This document shows positions 50,284-60,554 of a DNA stretch of 64,000 bases, piece by piece (the first letter of the stretch is position 1; the number at the start of each line of letters is the position of its first letter). Made by a program: the position numbers and the translations under genes. This stretch comes from Methanomassiliicoccaceae archaeon (GTDB taxonomy: Archaea; Thermoplasmatota; Thermoplasmata; Methanomassiliicoccales; Methanomassiliicoccaceae): the NCBI GenBank assembly GCA_040776945.1, contig JAXGZN010000002.1, positions 1 to 64,000 of the forward strand, in the 5' to 3' direction. The notes beneath the pieces were generated by a model, which ran no database searches, was not told the DNA's origin, and worked only from the letters and a program-made list of their open reading frames with translations.

Positions 50284-51098
50284 AGCAGGCCTCCCAACAA
50301 GAATGCGATCAAGGCGACCAGCATGGCGTACTTGGCCCACCTCTGCCCCTCCCTGGGATTTCGGAAATGAACTATGGAGCAGTATATAAATATTGCATCA
50401 GCGAACAAAACTGCCGCTAAGTATGCCAGGCCGAACCGTCCTGCCAGATACGGCTCGAAGGAGAGTACGACAGCGACAAGGAACGCGGCGCTGGCCGCGA
50501 GGCCGGCGCTCCGTGCCCCGATCCTCTGCGGCAGCGTTCGCCTGTCGAAGTCCGAGCCCATGTCTTGGACGTCCTTGACGATCTCCCGGCCAAGGGTCGC
50601 CAGCATGGCCATGACCGCAATAGCGATGGTCGCAGCGATGTTGTCCACCACCGCGCCCCCGAGGAGGAACAGCATACCGGTAAGCAAGGCAATGGAGAGG
50701 TTGCCGGAGAGTCCGAGCTTCTTGGTCCTTAGCTCGTAGGCCAACATCAGCGCGGTGGCCACCACCACGATGGCGAAAGAGAGAAGGTCCCACAGCAGCA
50801 CCGCTAGGCATAGCGATAGGGCGAACGCCGCAACGGCGATATTTCGCGCCGTCCCCGCCCCGATCCTGCCCGATGGAATGGGCCGCTCGGGATGGGCCTG
50901 CTTGTCGACCTCCCGATCGAGATAGTCGTTTAAGGTGTTCCCTCCGATGATGAACGCCACCACCACCAAGGAGGCTATCGCCAGCGGGTAAAGATGGTCG
51001 ATTATGCCGGCACCTTCAGCGATGAGGGCGGCCAGGACCAGACCGATGACGCCCATCACGCAGTTGCCCACTCGGAACAACTGGACGAACCTGTTCAC
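50280..51098 (-). CDS. Digeranylgeranylglyceryl phosphate synthase (UbiA family)
   Basis: NDYLDREVD...PERPIPSG, REIVKDVQD..D; multi-TM; coupled to GGGPS. Confidence 0.92.
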   Translation of the reverse strand: MNRFVQLFRVGNCVMGVIGLVLAALIAEGAGIIDHLYPLAIASLVVVAFIIGGNTLNDYLDREVDKQAHPERPIPSGRIGAGTARNIAVAAFALSLCLAVLLWDLLSFAIVVVATALMLAYELRTKKLGLSGNLSIALLTGMLFLLGGAVVDNIAATIAIAVMAMLATLGREIVKDVQDMGSDFDRRTLPQRIGARSAGLAASAAFLVAVVLSFEPYLAGRFGLAYLAAVLFADAIFIYCSIVHFRNPREGQRWAKYAMLVALIAFLLGGLL

Positions 51099-51138
51099 GC
51101 AGGCCGATTAATGTGTGGATAATAATTATTTGCTCCGC

Positions 51139-51735
51139 TTAAGGTCCAGGCCGGCGGAACGCGGCCCCGAACTGCCTCTCCTCCAGCTCGATCATCGCCT
51201 TCATGCTGCTGGAGATGCGGCGCACCGAGTGCCGGCACTGCGGCCCGCAAGGCACCGAGAACGCGCGGTCGTTCACCTTAGGCCAGTACTTGATTCGATG
51301 GCCGTTGTAGAGGTGCCTGATCTCCAGCACCAGGTTCTGGTATGGTTCGCAGGTATCCCCCGGCGCGTCGGCATCCGCGGCCCGGTAGACCTGGCAGTAC
51401 AGCTCCCCCTCCTCCGCCAGCCTGCGGCACAGTCCTCTTATGTACCATGTGTTGAACTCCATGCGGGCCAGCGTCCTGGCGGCCCGCGCCGGCTCGGTGC
51501 GTCTGATCCCGCCGAACGGCGACGGCTCGTACTCCGCCCACAGCTCCTTGGGCTTGAGGTCCTCGGTAAGCGAGTCCTCGGTGCCGTCCGTGATCGCACG
51601 CTCCATGATCTCGCCGAACCTCTGCTTACCCAGGACGGAGAGGCTGGGGCTGCGATACGGCCCGGCCTCTTCCTCGGCCTTGAACTCGATGAGCATCCAT
51701 CGACGGGTCTCCTGGTCAAGCTCCTCGTACCGCAT
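51139..51735 (-). CDS. Conserved hypothetical protein
   Basis: EFNTWYIRGLCRR...VYRA...C...PCGPQCRHS; genome-like codon usage. Confidence 0.75.
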   Translation of the reverse strand: MRYEELDQETRRWMLIEFKAEEEAGPYRSPSLSVLGKQRFGEIMERAITDGTEDSLTEDLKPKELWAEYEPSPFGGIRRTEPARAARTLARMEFNTWYIRGLCRRLAEEGELYCQVYRAADADAPGDTCEPYQNLVLEIRHLYNGHRIKYWPKVNDRAFSVPCGPQCRHSVRRISSSMKAMIELEERQFGAAFRRPGP

Positions 51736-51844
51736 AGCTCCCCAATCAATGAGGTCGCTCTTGTAGATTGCTCCGAGCAACGCCTCCACCCGCGGTCAAG
51801 GGGCCCGCATGCTTTAAATGCCAGGGCGCTTCTGTGTGAGAGCG

Positions 51845-53284
51845 ATGACTATTCCGGACGTCACTGCGTACGTAGAGGAGATACGCGCGCTGGTGGCGAA
51901 GCACTTCTCGGTCTACGAGGTGTTGGTGAACTATGATGCCGTCCGACTGATGGTGCGCGCCGACGAGAGCACTCTGGGAGGCAAGTTCGAGGATCTGCGA
52001 AAGGAGCTCAAACAACGAGATCTCATCCCGTTCTTAAATTACTCTGGAGGAGAGCACTCGATAACCGTGCTGCGCTCCCCACCGCCCCGCAAGGGCAACC
52101 TATGGATCAACCGGGCGCTGCTGACGATAACCTTCATGACCACTACCTTGGCCGGGACCCTTCTTTGGGCCGACTACTCCGGCGCCGCAGATTGGCTCAC
52201 CGCAGGGAACGTGGCGTTCGGCGCTCTTTTCTTCGCCCTTCCTTTGATGTCCATCCTGGGAGTGCATGAGCTATCGCACTACATCGCGTCCAAACGCCAT
52301 GGGGTGGACGCATCCCTTCCTTACTTCATCCCATCCATCCCCCCGTTCGGCACGTTCGGGGCCTTCATTTCTATGCGTGACCCCATGCCCAACCGAAAGG
52401 CGCTGGTGGACATCGGCATCGCTGGACCACTGGGGGGGCTGGCGGTCACGATCCCGGTCGCGCTCATCGGGCTCTATCTCACTGGACAGGGGCATCCAGT
52501 GTCCGGAGCGGTAGGCGACGGAGGGGTGATGGCCATCTTCATCCAGCCGCTCTACCAATTGCTCGCGATGTTCGTACCGCTCGAAGAGAACATGGCGCTT
52601 CACCCCACCGCCTTCGCCGCTTGGGTAGGCTTCCTGGTGACCGCCATCAACCTGCTTCCGGTCGGTCAACTGGACGGCGGGCACGTGGCGCGCGGCGTAC
52701 TAGGCGACAAGGCCAAGTACGTCGGATACGCGACTTTCCTGTTTCTGGCGGTGATGACGCTGTTCTACGACGGCTGGTTCCTTTTCGCCATGCTGGTCTT
52801 CCTGCTTGGACTGAAGCATCCCGCGCCCCTCAACGACGTGACCCGGATTGACAAGCGCTCCATCGTCCTGGGGATCGCCGGGCTGCTGGTCCTGGCGATG
52901 ACATTCGTTCCGCAGCCCATAATGACGATAGCTCCTGACCATTCCTTGGACCTGAGCATCGTGGGCGGGAACAGCACAACCGTGGCCCCCGGAACCATGT
53001 TCGAAGTGACCGTGCTGGTCAACAACACCGGCAACACCGACAGCAGCGTCAGGATGGCTCTGGAGAACATCCCGAGCAACTGGACCGCATCGGTCTATCT
53101 GAACGGAAGCTCCTCGTCGAACGCCACCAACGTGCTTAGCTTCCCCCTCCCATACGGAACCGAGGTCATGGTGACCGTGATGGTCCACGTTCCCACCGAC
53201 GCGTCCCTGGCGAGGGACATCACCATCGTGGCGAACGCTTCCAAGGTAACGGTCTCCGAGGTACTCACCGTCAACGTCGCCTGA
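51845..53284 (+). CDS. Site-2 protease (peptidase M50) with C-terminal Ig-like domain
   Basis: HELSH, AGPL, NLLPVGQLDGGH; C-terminal V.V.NTGN..WT beta-sandwich. Confidence 0.92.
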   Translation: MTIPDVTAYVEEIRALVAKHFSVYEVLVNYDAVRLMVRADESTLGGKFEDLRKELKQRDLIPFLNYSGGEHSITVLRSPPPRKGNLWINRALLTITFMTTTLAGTLLWADYSGAADWLTAGNVAFGALFFALPLMSILGVHELSHYIASKRHGVDASLPYFIPSIPPFGTFGAFISMRDPMPNRKALVDIGIAGPLGGLAVTIPVALIGLYLTGQGHPVSGAVGDGGVMAIFIQPLYQLLAMFVPLEENMALHPTAFAAWVGFLVTAINLLPVGQLDGGHVARGVLGDKAKYVGYATFLFLAVMTLFYDGWFLFAMLVFLLGLKHPAPLNDVTRIDKRSIVLGIAGLLVLAMTFVPQPIMTIAPDHSLDLSIVGGNSTTVAPGTMFEVTVLVNNTGNTDSSVRMALENIPSNWTASVYLNGSSSSNATNVLSFPLPYGTEVMVTVMVHVPTDASLARDITIVANASKVTVSEVLTVNVA

Positions 53285-54272
53285 GCACGCAATAGTTGCG
53301 GGACAGCGATCGGTGTACCTTCTGCAGGTGATGGTGCACGATCTCCATGCCCTCGGAGCGGGGGCAGGGACGAGGAAGCACAACGCAAGCTCTGGACCCT
53401 CGGTCGAGAACCTCCGAGATCGAGCCCATAGCGCGATCGTAAAGTTCTCCCAGCGGCTCCTTCATCGTGCTCGTGGCCCTTCCATACGGGGGGTCGGTGG
53501 CCACCGCATCGACCCTGCCGAAGACCGAACCGATATCCCCGATGTCCGCGACCTCCATGCGCTCATATGGCAACTGGAAGTGTTCCATGTTGCGGATGCA
53601 GCCGTCCACCATCGTAGGGGAGATGTCCGAGCCGCACACCTTCACACCGATGGACGCGGCCTCGATGAGGATGCCCCCTGTTCCGCAGAACGGATCGAGG
53701 AGCGTCCCTCCACGGGGGGCGAAGGTCATGTTGACCACTGCCCGGGCGAACTTAGGATGCAGCGAGATGGGGGAGAAGAACGGCCTTTCCGCCACCTTCC
53801 GGGCCTCGAATTGGGAACGGTCGATCTCCGCCTCTCTGAGATAGAAATGGACACGGTCCGAGACGAAAAGCCCCAGCTCGACGTCCGGGGAGGTCAGGTC
53901 GACCTTGCGGTCCCTCGCCACGATCCCGCCGATCTTTGCAGCCAGGCGGTTAAGGTCGATACCGTCATTGCATCCTTGAAAGCGCCGGACACGCACCGCC
54001 ACGGTCCCCGACGGTAGCTCCAGGTCCGCGGCCAGTGATGACGAGCCGTCCAACGATGAAGACCCTAGATACCTTCCGAGGCGGCGGGTCAGAGCAAGCC
54101 TGGAAGCTATGCCGCCAAGCTTGCCGGGCTCAAAGCCGAGCACAGCGTATCCAGGTCCAGAGGCCGACAACCGGAAGCCGTCGCACTCAGCAGCGCAGCA
54201 TCCATAGGCATCTGCCAGGGGCAAGCTTGGATGCTCGCCGGAAAGCTCGAAAAAATATGGCACAAGGCTCAT
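53271..54272 (-). CDS. trm11: tRNA (guanine10-N2)-methyltransferase (THUMP + MTase)
   Basis: ELSGEH, RPFFSPISLHP, DPFCGTGG, TDPPYG, VHRSLSR. Confidence 0.88.
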   Translation of the reverse strand: MSLVPYFFELSGEHPSLPLADAYGCCAAECDGFRLSASGPGYAVLGFEPGKLGGIASRLALTRRLGRYLGSSSLDGSSSLAADLELPSGTVAVRVRRFQGCNDGIDLNRLAAKIGGIVARDRKVDLTSPDVELGLFVSDRVHFYLREAEIDRSQFEARKVAERPFFSPISLHPKFARAVVNMTFAPRGGTLLDPFCGTGGILIEAASIGVKVCGSDISPTMVDGCIRNMEHFQLPYERMEVADIGDIGSVFGRVDAVATDPPYGRATSTMKEPLGELYDRAMGSISEVLDRGSRACVVLPRPCPRSEGMEIVHHHLQKVHRSLSRNYCVLRRR

Positions 54273-54308
54273 GCCCTCCCTCCACGGACCAGCATGGCCC
54301 CGGTGCCC

Positions 54309-55250
54309 TCAATCCCTAATGCCATCCTCGCTGACGCTGATGACCGCCTCGGCCTCGGGAAGGTTGGGGGAATCGATCAATCTTGCTATGCGCTTCCCTC
54401 CCTTGCTCTTCCTCAGGTACAGACGGTATGTCGCGGCATGCCCGACAATATGGCCGCCGATCGGCCGGGTCGGATCGCCAAAGAACGCATCAGGCTTGGC
54501 AGAGACCTGGTTGGTCACGGCTATCACCGCATTGTTCAGATCAGCGAACCTGAGCAGATCGTGCATATGTTTGTTAAGGTTCTGCTGCCTTTCCGCCAGG
54601 GCGCCCCTTCCGACATATTCGGCCCTGAAGTGGGCGGTCAGCGAATCCACTATCATCAGCCTCACGTTGAGGTCGCGGGCGAGCTCCTGGGCCTTCTCCA
54701 CCAGCAGCATCTGATGGTGTGAATTGAACGCCCGGGCGACATGGATCTTCTTGAGCGTCTCTTCAGGGTCGAGGTCCAGTGCTGTGGCCATCTGCACGAT
54801 CCTCTCCGGCCGGAACGTGTTCTCGGTGTCTATGATGAACACGTTGCCGCCGAGGCCACCGTCCTCCACCGGACGGCCGGCGTTCACTGCCAGTTGGAAG
54901 CAGATCTGGGTCTTGCCGCTTCCGAACTCACCAAAGAACTCAGTGATCGCCTGGGTCTCTAGGCCTCCACCCATGAGCTCATCGAACGCTTTGGAGCAGG
55001 AGGTCAGTTTATGGATGTTCCTCCTTCTTTCAAGTATCAGATCACCGGTCTCGAACCCTCCGACGTCCGCGGCCTGCTTGGCCGCGTTGATTATCTTCAC
55101 CGCGGTGGACTCCCCTATCTCTGCTACCTCCGAGAGAACCTTGGGTGATTCTACCGCGATCGCCATAAGGTCGATATAGCCGGCATCTCTCAGCTTCTCT
55201 GCAGTTGCGGGTCCTACACCAGGCAACTCTTCTAGGCTGTTTGCAGGCAT
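54309..55250 (-). CDS. radA: DNA repair and recombination protein RadA
   Basis: N-terminal Hh[29 protein letters not shown]. Confidence 0.98.
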   Translation of the reverse strand: MPANSLEELPGVGPATAEKLRDAGYIDLMAIAVESPKVLSEVAEIGESTAVKIINAAKQAADVGGFETGDLILERRRNIHKLTSCSKAFDELMGGGLETQAITEFFGEFGSGKTQICFQLAVNAGRPVEDGGLGGNVFIIDTENTFRPERIVQMATALDLDPEETLKKIHVARAFNSHHQMLLVEKAQELARDLNVRLMIVDSLTAHFRAEYVGRGALAERQQNLNKHMHDLLRFADLNNAVIAVTNQVSAKPDAFFGDPTRPIGGHIVGHAATYRLYLRKSKGGKRIARLIDSPNLPEAEAVISVSEDGIRD

Positions 55251-55490
55251 TTATGCACCTTCCTAATCTCGAACTCCATTTGGATATAAAAGCACCCCCC
55301 CAGGTATTCGAAAGTACTCCCTACAGATAGTAAGCCAGAGGTCTCCAGATGACCGAAAGGCGAACCCTCCCGGGCCCGCGGCCGAGGCCTTGCGGGCGCC
55401 CTGCCATCGTCCCAGGGCGAGGTCAGAGAGGCCTGGAGCCAGCATCGCGTTTGAAAAGATTTATTAGAGGATTGCCCTTAAGGGGCCCCA

Positions 55491-55847
55491 ATGGCCCGCA
55501 AGAAGAGAAAGGACGAGGAGGCGGAGGAGAAGTACGAGTGGGTCCCTCCAGAGTTCGATGAGAAGGCCTTTCTCAAGAAGGACATCGTGGGTACCAAGGC
55601 ATTGATGTACACCACGATCGTGGCCGTAGCCTTCGGCGCGGTGTCCGCCGCGTTGGGGAACACTGTCGGCAGCCTCTTTGGGTTCGTGTCTTATATCGCA
55701 GGGGTCATCTTCCTGAACTATACGTTCAAATACGCCCGGATCAGGACCGAGGACATGGACAAGAAGACCGTCATCGGCAATGTTGCGCTCTATCTGCTTC
55801 TTGCCCTTGGCATCTGGATACTCTTCATAAACAGGCCTTTCATCTGA
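55491..55847 (+). CDS. Small membrane protein
   Basis: Charged N-terminus (PEFDE..FL) then three TM helices. Confidence 0.8.
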   Translation: MARKKRKDEEAEEKYEWVPPEFDEKAFLKKDIVGTKALMYTTIVAVAFGAVSAALGNTVGSLFGFVSYIAGVIFLNYTFKYARIRTEDMDKKTVIGNVALYLLLALGIWILFINRPFI

Positions 55848-55854
55848 TGCCGCA

Positions 55855-57183
55855 TCAGATCTCCCAGTTCATCCTTTTATCCAACATCGCCGACAGCGCC
55901 GGCCGATTGCGCTCGCTTATGGCCGAGGCCCCCATGTTCACCGAGAGCACCTCCGCTGTCCTGAGATCGCTTCCCAGGGCGGCGGCGGACAGCTTCGAGC
56001 GCACCAGATCGTCCGCCCTGGTGTATGCCCGGGGCGCCACGACCGCCCAGTGCCCATTGACCAAGTAAGGCCTGCTGAGGCCTTCCTTCTCCCATCTCTC
56101 CAGGAAGGCATTGGAGTTCTCGACCCACGCCGGGGGGCCGCTGTGGTATCGTCCCCGCGGCAGCTCAAGGCTTTCAAGCTCCAGCACGAACCGGATGTCC
56201 TCGGCCACATGATATGCGCGGTCGATGACTCTGAAGTCGCTGCCTTCCAGCATGGTACATGCTCCTTCTAGGCTCCGCCTGATCTGCGGATATAGGTTAT
56301 CGTCGATGATGTGCGGCCTGCGCATGGTGATCACGAGCGGGCCGGTCCCCCTTTGCTCCAACATGGCCCTCATATCGTCCAGTTTCAGTGGTTCTCTCCG
56401 GTTCGGGAAGAAGAACCTCTCTGAGGGCCGATCTAGGTAGCATCGGGCCGCGTAGATGAACCGGGCGAGGCTCTGCGCCGACAACGCGGATGCCACATTA
56501 CGGTTGGCGTCCACGGGGTCATGGAACACCAGAGGGTCGTTGAACTTCCTGCAAGCCTCATCCGCCAGGTCCAGCACCGCGCCTCGCTTCCAGGATGACG
56601 CTTCTTCCAGCACCTGCCTGAAGGAATCGAACCTAATGATCAGGAGCTCGAGCAAGTAGCCCGAGAAGCCCTGTGTCCGAGCCTCTGCCCCATAGACCCC
56701 GACCCCCTTGGCGAACTGCTTGAGCAGACGCACCTCCTTCTTCTGCTCGTCCCTGAGGTTCGATCTAACATATTGGGTGTGGAAAGGGGTCCGGTCGACA
56801 GCAGACCTTAGCCGGGTCGTGTCCATGATCCGATAACAGGGCACCATATCGACCTCCAGGGCTTCCCACAGGCCGTGGATATAGGGATGCTCGGCGTATC
56901 TTTCCTCTCCTTTCTCCAGCACTTTCCACCCCAAGGCCAGCCCGATTGATTCGAGCCGCTCCCGCGACACGCTCTCGGGGAACAAGATGAACACATCGAG
57001 GTCAGGGTCACGAAGGAACGTGTCCTTGGCCACCGAGCCGACCATAAGCACTTCCAGTCCGAGATCCTCTTTGTCCGCCTCACTCTTGACCCTTTCCAGC
57101 AGCAAGCCGACCTTCCTGTCGATCGCCCTCCGCTCCTCGTCCGATGGGGAGATCTTCCTCAGGACATCATTTTCAAGGGCCAT
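55855..57183 (-). CDS. cca: Class I CCA-adding enzyme
   Basis: VGS.AKDT....DLDVF, YAEHPY, SAVDRTPFH, GFSGYL.EL, DPVD..RNVASA. Confidence 0.96.
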   Translation of the reverse strand: MALENDVLRKISPSDEERRAIDRKVGLLLERVKSEADKEDLGLEVLMVGSVAKDTFLRDPDLDVFILFPESVSRERLESIGLALGWKVLEKGEERYAEHPYIHGLWEALEVDMVPCYRIMDTTRLRSAVDRTPFHTQYVRSNLRDEQKKEVRLLKQFAKGVGVYGAEARTQGFSGYLLELLIIRFDSFRQVLEEASSWKRGAVLDLADEACRKFNDPLVFHDPVDANRNVASALSAQSLARFIYAARCYLDRPSERFFFPNRREPLKLDDMRAMLEQRGTGPLVITMRRPHIIDDNLYPQIRRSLEGACTMLEGSDFRVIDRAYHVAEDIRFVLELESLELPRGRYHSGPPAWVENSNAFLERWEKEGLSRPYLVNGHWAVVAPRAYTRADDLVRSKLSAAALGSDLRTAEVLSVNMGASAISERNRPALSAMLDKRMNWEI

Positions 57184-57273
57184 GTCCCACCATCATGGTC
57201 TTCATGGAAAAGTCTTTCCCTGGCCGAAGGAAGGGGACTAAGAGGTCCGATTTGGCCGCCAGGGGTAAGCTCA

Positions 57274-57333
57274 AGGCCGGTGTGGTGGGGATTCAGAAAA
57301 CCTTTCATAGGAGGAAAGTTGAGCCACCGGCCT
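57274..57333 (-). ncRNA. Candidate ~60-nt small RNA
   Basis: 9-bp closing stem 57274-57282/57325-57333, inner stem CTTTC/GAAAG, TATA-like ATATAA 57351-57356 on the minus strand. Confidence 0.4.
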
Positions 57334-57979
57334 CGAACCTCAGGTCGGAGTTATATTGCCCGTTATTTCAACATTCTTCATGGTTATCTCGGCCGTATCC
57401 CCATCGCATCAATGAACGGGCGATCTGTGTATATATCCTAAATGATCGAGCGTTATGGAACGATGGCTGAAACGTTAGACCCTACGCATATATTGAAATG
57501 GACGGAGGAGCCCTCTCCGACATTGCGGAATGGGGGCCGAGGGGCAGATCGGCCTCCTTGAGAAGGCCAATCTTCCAAAGTACCCTGATAAGGCAGACCG
57601 TTATCGTAGTGCCCCTCACTATCTGCGCCTTGTTCGACGGCATGGAAATGCCCATTGGCCCGATGGCGGCGCTTGGCCCGCTCTCTCCGATGACGACCAT
57701 AAAGGCGGACCGGGGTTTGCCATGATTGGACAGGCGGACACTAGTCCCCGCCAGTCCTTGACTCTTCTTCCCCGGGACCTAAGGCCGCCTCATCCGATTC
57801 CACTCTCCCGACCCCATCGACCAATAAGGTCATCCTTCAACCGGCAAGGATCAGCGGACGGCCCGGTCGGACCGGCAAACGGAGAAAGATGGTCCGCGAA
57901 TACACCTCATCGGACCACCCTCAATGGAAATTGCGATGCCGCAGTATTGATATATGCATCGTCGGGGACATCCGCGCCC

Positions 57980-58816
57980 CTAGCGGTCTAGGTCCGCCAG
58001 CCCGCGGCCCTCAATGATGTCCCGACCCTTGGAGCGAGAGGTCCGTATGGTCCTCCCGACCTGCACCGTCATAAGGTCCTCAGCGGCAAGGGTCCGGGAG
58101 CCGGAGACCTTCTCGATATGCTCGGCTTGGCGTCTCACCCCTTCATGGACAAGCTTCATACCCAAATGGGTGAGCAGGACCATCTCCGGTCTTATGGCCC
58201 TCGCCATCTCCGCCGCGTCCTCTGTGCACAGGTGCTTGGGCACGCGGGACCCCAGCGGCCTAGTGAGGTTGAGTATGAGCACCCTGCACCCCTCATGTGC
58301 CGTCATTATGGACCTGTGCAGTTCGGTATCTCCTACATAGGAGATGATGCCGTTGGTGGTGTGGAACTTGAACCCCACCCCTGTGGGATCGCTATGGGAC
58401 GTCGGAGTGACATCGATCTTCATTCCCTTGACCTCGAACCGGCCCCCCGCCTCGGCCCGGACCACCGAGGATGTGATTGACTGGTGGTACGCGGACACCG
58501 CCGGGCTGAAACCGTTGCCCCCATCCAAGGCGCTGACGCTTCCGACCAGGACGCCGGAGTGCTTGAAGCCCCCCTTGGTCATCCCTTCGATGATCATCTC
58601 CGCATCAGCATAATGGTCCGGATGACAGTGGGATATGAGCACGGCATCGGTCTTCGCCGGATCGAGGGCGAGCCTTCGCATGTTCATGAGGGCCGTCGGG
58701 CCAGGGTCCAGGTGGACCCTCGCTCCATCGTTGATATATATTCCGCCGGTCGCTCTTATCTGGTAGATGGTGGCAAAACGACCCCCGCCGGTTCCCAAGA
58801 AAGTCAAGCTAGTCAA
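57980..58816 (-). CDS. MBL-fold metallo-hydrolase (RNase Z-like)
   Basis: FLGTGGGR, DPGP, SHCHPDH, GDT, THLG. Confidence 0.9.
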   Translation of the reverse strand: MTSLTFLGTGGGRFATIYQIRATGGIYINDGARVHLDPGPTALMNMRRLALDPAKTDAVLISHCHPDHYADAEMIIEGMTKGGFKHSGVLVGSVSALDGGNGFSPAVSAYHQSITSSVVRAEAGGRFEVKGMKIDVTPTSHSDPTGVGFKFHTTNGIISYVGDTELHRSIMTAHEGCRVLILNLTRPLGSRVPKHLCTEDAAEMARAIRPEMVLLTHLGMKLVHEGVRRQAEHIEKVSGSRTLAAEDLMTVQVGRTIRTSRSKGRDIIEGRGLADLDR

Positions 58817-58916
58817 TCCGCCACCTCCGAAACGTCCACCTTAACGCCTTTCCTTCTTAACAATGCTTTCCCGGGACAAGGTTAATTTATCGCGTGCCCA
58901 TGGACTTCCGATCAAG

Positions 58917-60203
58917 ATGCTCACGCTGATCAAGGATGCCCATATCATCACTCAGAACGCAGAGAGAAAGCTGGTCCGTGGAGACATCCTAATCAGGGAC
59001 GGCAAGATCGTGCAGGTTGGCGGTTCCGTCGAAGGCTCGGCGGACATCGAGATAGATGCCTCCGGGGACATCGTGCTCCCCGGCCTGATCAACACCCATA
59101 CCCATGTCTCCATGGCGATCCTGAAGGGCATCGCTGACGATATTCCATTCCCTCAGTTTCTGGACCGTGTTTTCAAGGTCGACGCCCACAGGACCGAGAG
59201 GGACATAGAGGCAGGGGCCGCCCAGGGCTGCCTCGAGATGATCCGCTCCGGCACAACCACCTTCGTCGACCTGTACTATTCGCAGGACATAATAGCTCGG
59301 GCGGTCGAGAGGTCAGGGATACGCGGCATCCTGGGCTGGGCGGTATTGGACCAGGAGTACACCACCCAGAAAGGCGTTCCCCTTGACAACTGCGCACGCT
59401 TTCATCGCGAGTTCCGAGGCCGGCCCCGCATCTACCCCGCGGTAGGCCTCCAAGGAGTGTACGTATGCTCGACGCAGACCTTCCTCTCGGCGAGGGACTA
59501 TGCGCTGGAGAACGACCTGCTCCTAACCTTCCATCTATCGGAAACGAGGAAGGAGGTCTCCGATTGCAAGAGAAAGGAGGGCAAGCGTCCAGGAGATTAC
59601 CTCGCGTCGATCGGGTTCCTGAACGATCATTGCGTAGCCGCCCATTCCGCCTGGCTCACCATCAACGAGGTCCGCGGCCTGGCTTCCTCAGGCGCCAAGG
59701 TCTCGACCTGCCCCGTATCGAACATGAAGCTTGCCACCGGAGGGGTGGCGCCGATCCCGGAAATGCTCCAGCACGGGGTGACCGCATCCATCGGGACCGA
59801 CGGGTCCACGACCAACAACAGCCTGGACATGTTCGGGGAGATGAAGGTCCTCTCTCTTCTGCAGAAGTCCAGTCGATGGGACCCTACGGTGCTGCCCGCC
59901 CAGAAGGTTCTGGACCTCGCGACCATCGATGCGGCGAGGGCCGTCCGCATGGACGGCCTAATCGGCTCCATCGAGGTGGGCAAGCGGGCAGACCTGATCA
60001 TATTGGATGGCAGGGCGCCCAATCTGCGCCCCTCGCGGCCTAGTTCAATGGTTTCCAACATCGTTTACTCGTCGTTCGGCACTAACGTCAAGACCGTCCT
60101 TTGCGATGGCAAGATTGTGATGCGTGACCGCAAGATGATCACCATGGACGAAGAGAGGACGCTGTCGGAAGCGGAGGACGCGGCCCGGGCGCTGCTCGGA
60201 TGA
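58917..60203 (+). CDS. Amidohydrolase, MTA/SAH deaminase family
   Basis: PGLINTHTH, HLSET, AAH, CPVSNMKL, GTDG, GSIEVGKRAD. Confidence 0.92.
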   Translation: MLTLIKDAHIITQNAERKLVRGDILIRDGKIVQVGGSVEGSADIEIDASGDIVLPGLINTHTHVSMAILKGIADDIPFPQFLDRVFKVDAHRTERDIEAGAAQGCLEMIRSGTTTFVDLYYSQDIIARAVERSGIRGILGWAVLDQEYTTQKGVPLDNCARFHREFRGRPRIYPAVGLQGVYVCSTQTFLSARDYALENDLLLTFHLSETRKEVSDCKRKEGKRPGDYLASIGFLNDHCVAAHSAWLTINEVRGLASSGAKVSTCPVSNMKLATGGVAPIPEMLQHGVTASIGTDGSTTNNSLDMFGEMKVLSLLQKSSRWDPTVLPAQKVLDLATIDAARAVRMDGLIGSIEVGKRADLIILDGRAPNLRPSRPSSMVSNIVYSSFGTNVKTVLCDGKIVMRDRKMITMDEERTLSEAEDAARALLG

Positions 60204-60234
60204 GCTCTGCCTCCCGCGATGTGGATTATATAAA

Positions 60235-60347
60235 TGGTCCCGACTCCCGGATTTGAACCGGGGGCCTGCTGATATCGGCGGCTGAGGACCGGAAGCTCCG
60301 GTGACCCACTACAGTCAGCCGCTCTAGCCAGACTGAGCTAAGTCGGG
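60235..60347 (-). tRNA. tRNA-Tyr(GTA) with 35-nt intron (60274-60308) at position 37/38, CCA encoded
   Basis: Reverse complement folds as a cloverleaf: CCCGACT/AGTCGGG acceptor (C1:G72), GCTGA-CTGTAG|A-TCAGC anticodon arm, CCCGG-TTCAAAT-CCGGG T arm, ACCA end. Confidence 0.95.
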
Positions 60348-60554
60348 GGTAGAGACCCTATTACGGATAGCGTATTTAGAACTTCGCCTGACAGGATGCT
60401 GGCATCTTCAGCATCCAGATGGTCAGGTCCGGCCCCCGCATCGCCTTTCGGCAAGAGAGGTCACAATTCAAGAATTTATATATAGGTCGAGCTTGATACA
60501 GTTGTCGGACAGAAGAGGTCGGTCCGACCCCTTCTGTTGCCATGGTGGAGAGAC

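Noticed and set aside
60235-60347. tRNA as an integration site for a mobile element
   Set aside because: No integrase nearby and no duplicated tRNA 3' end noticed in the window.
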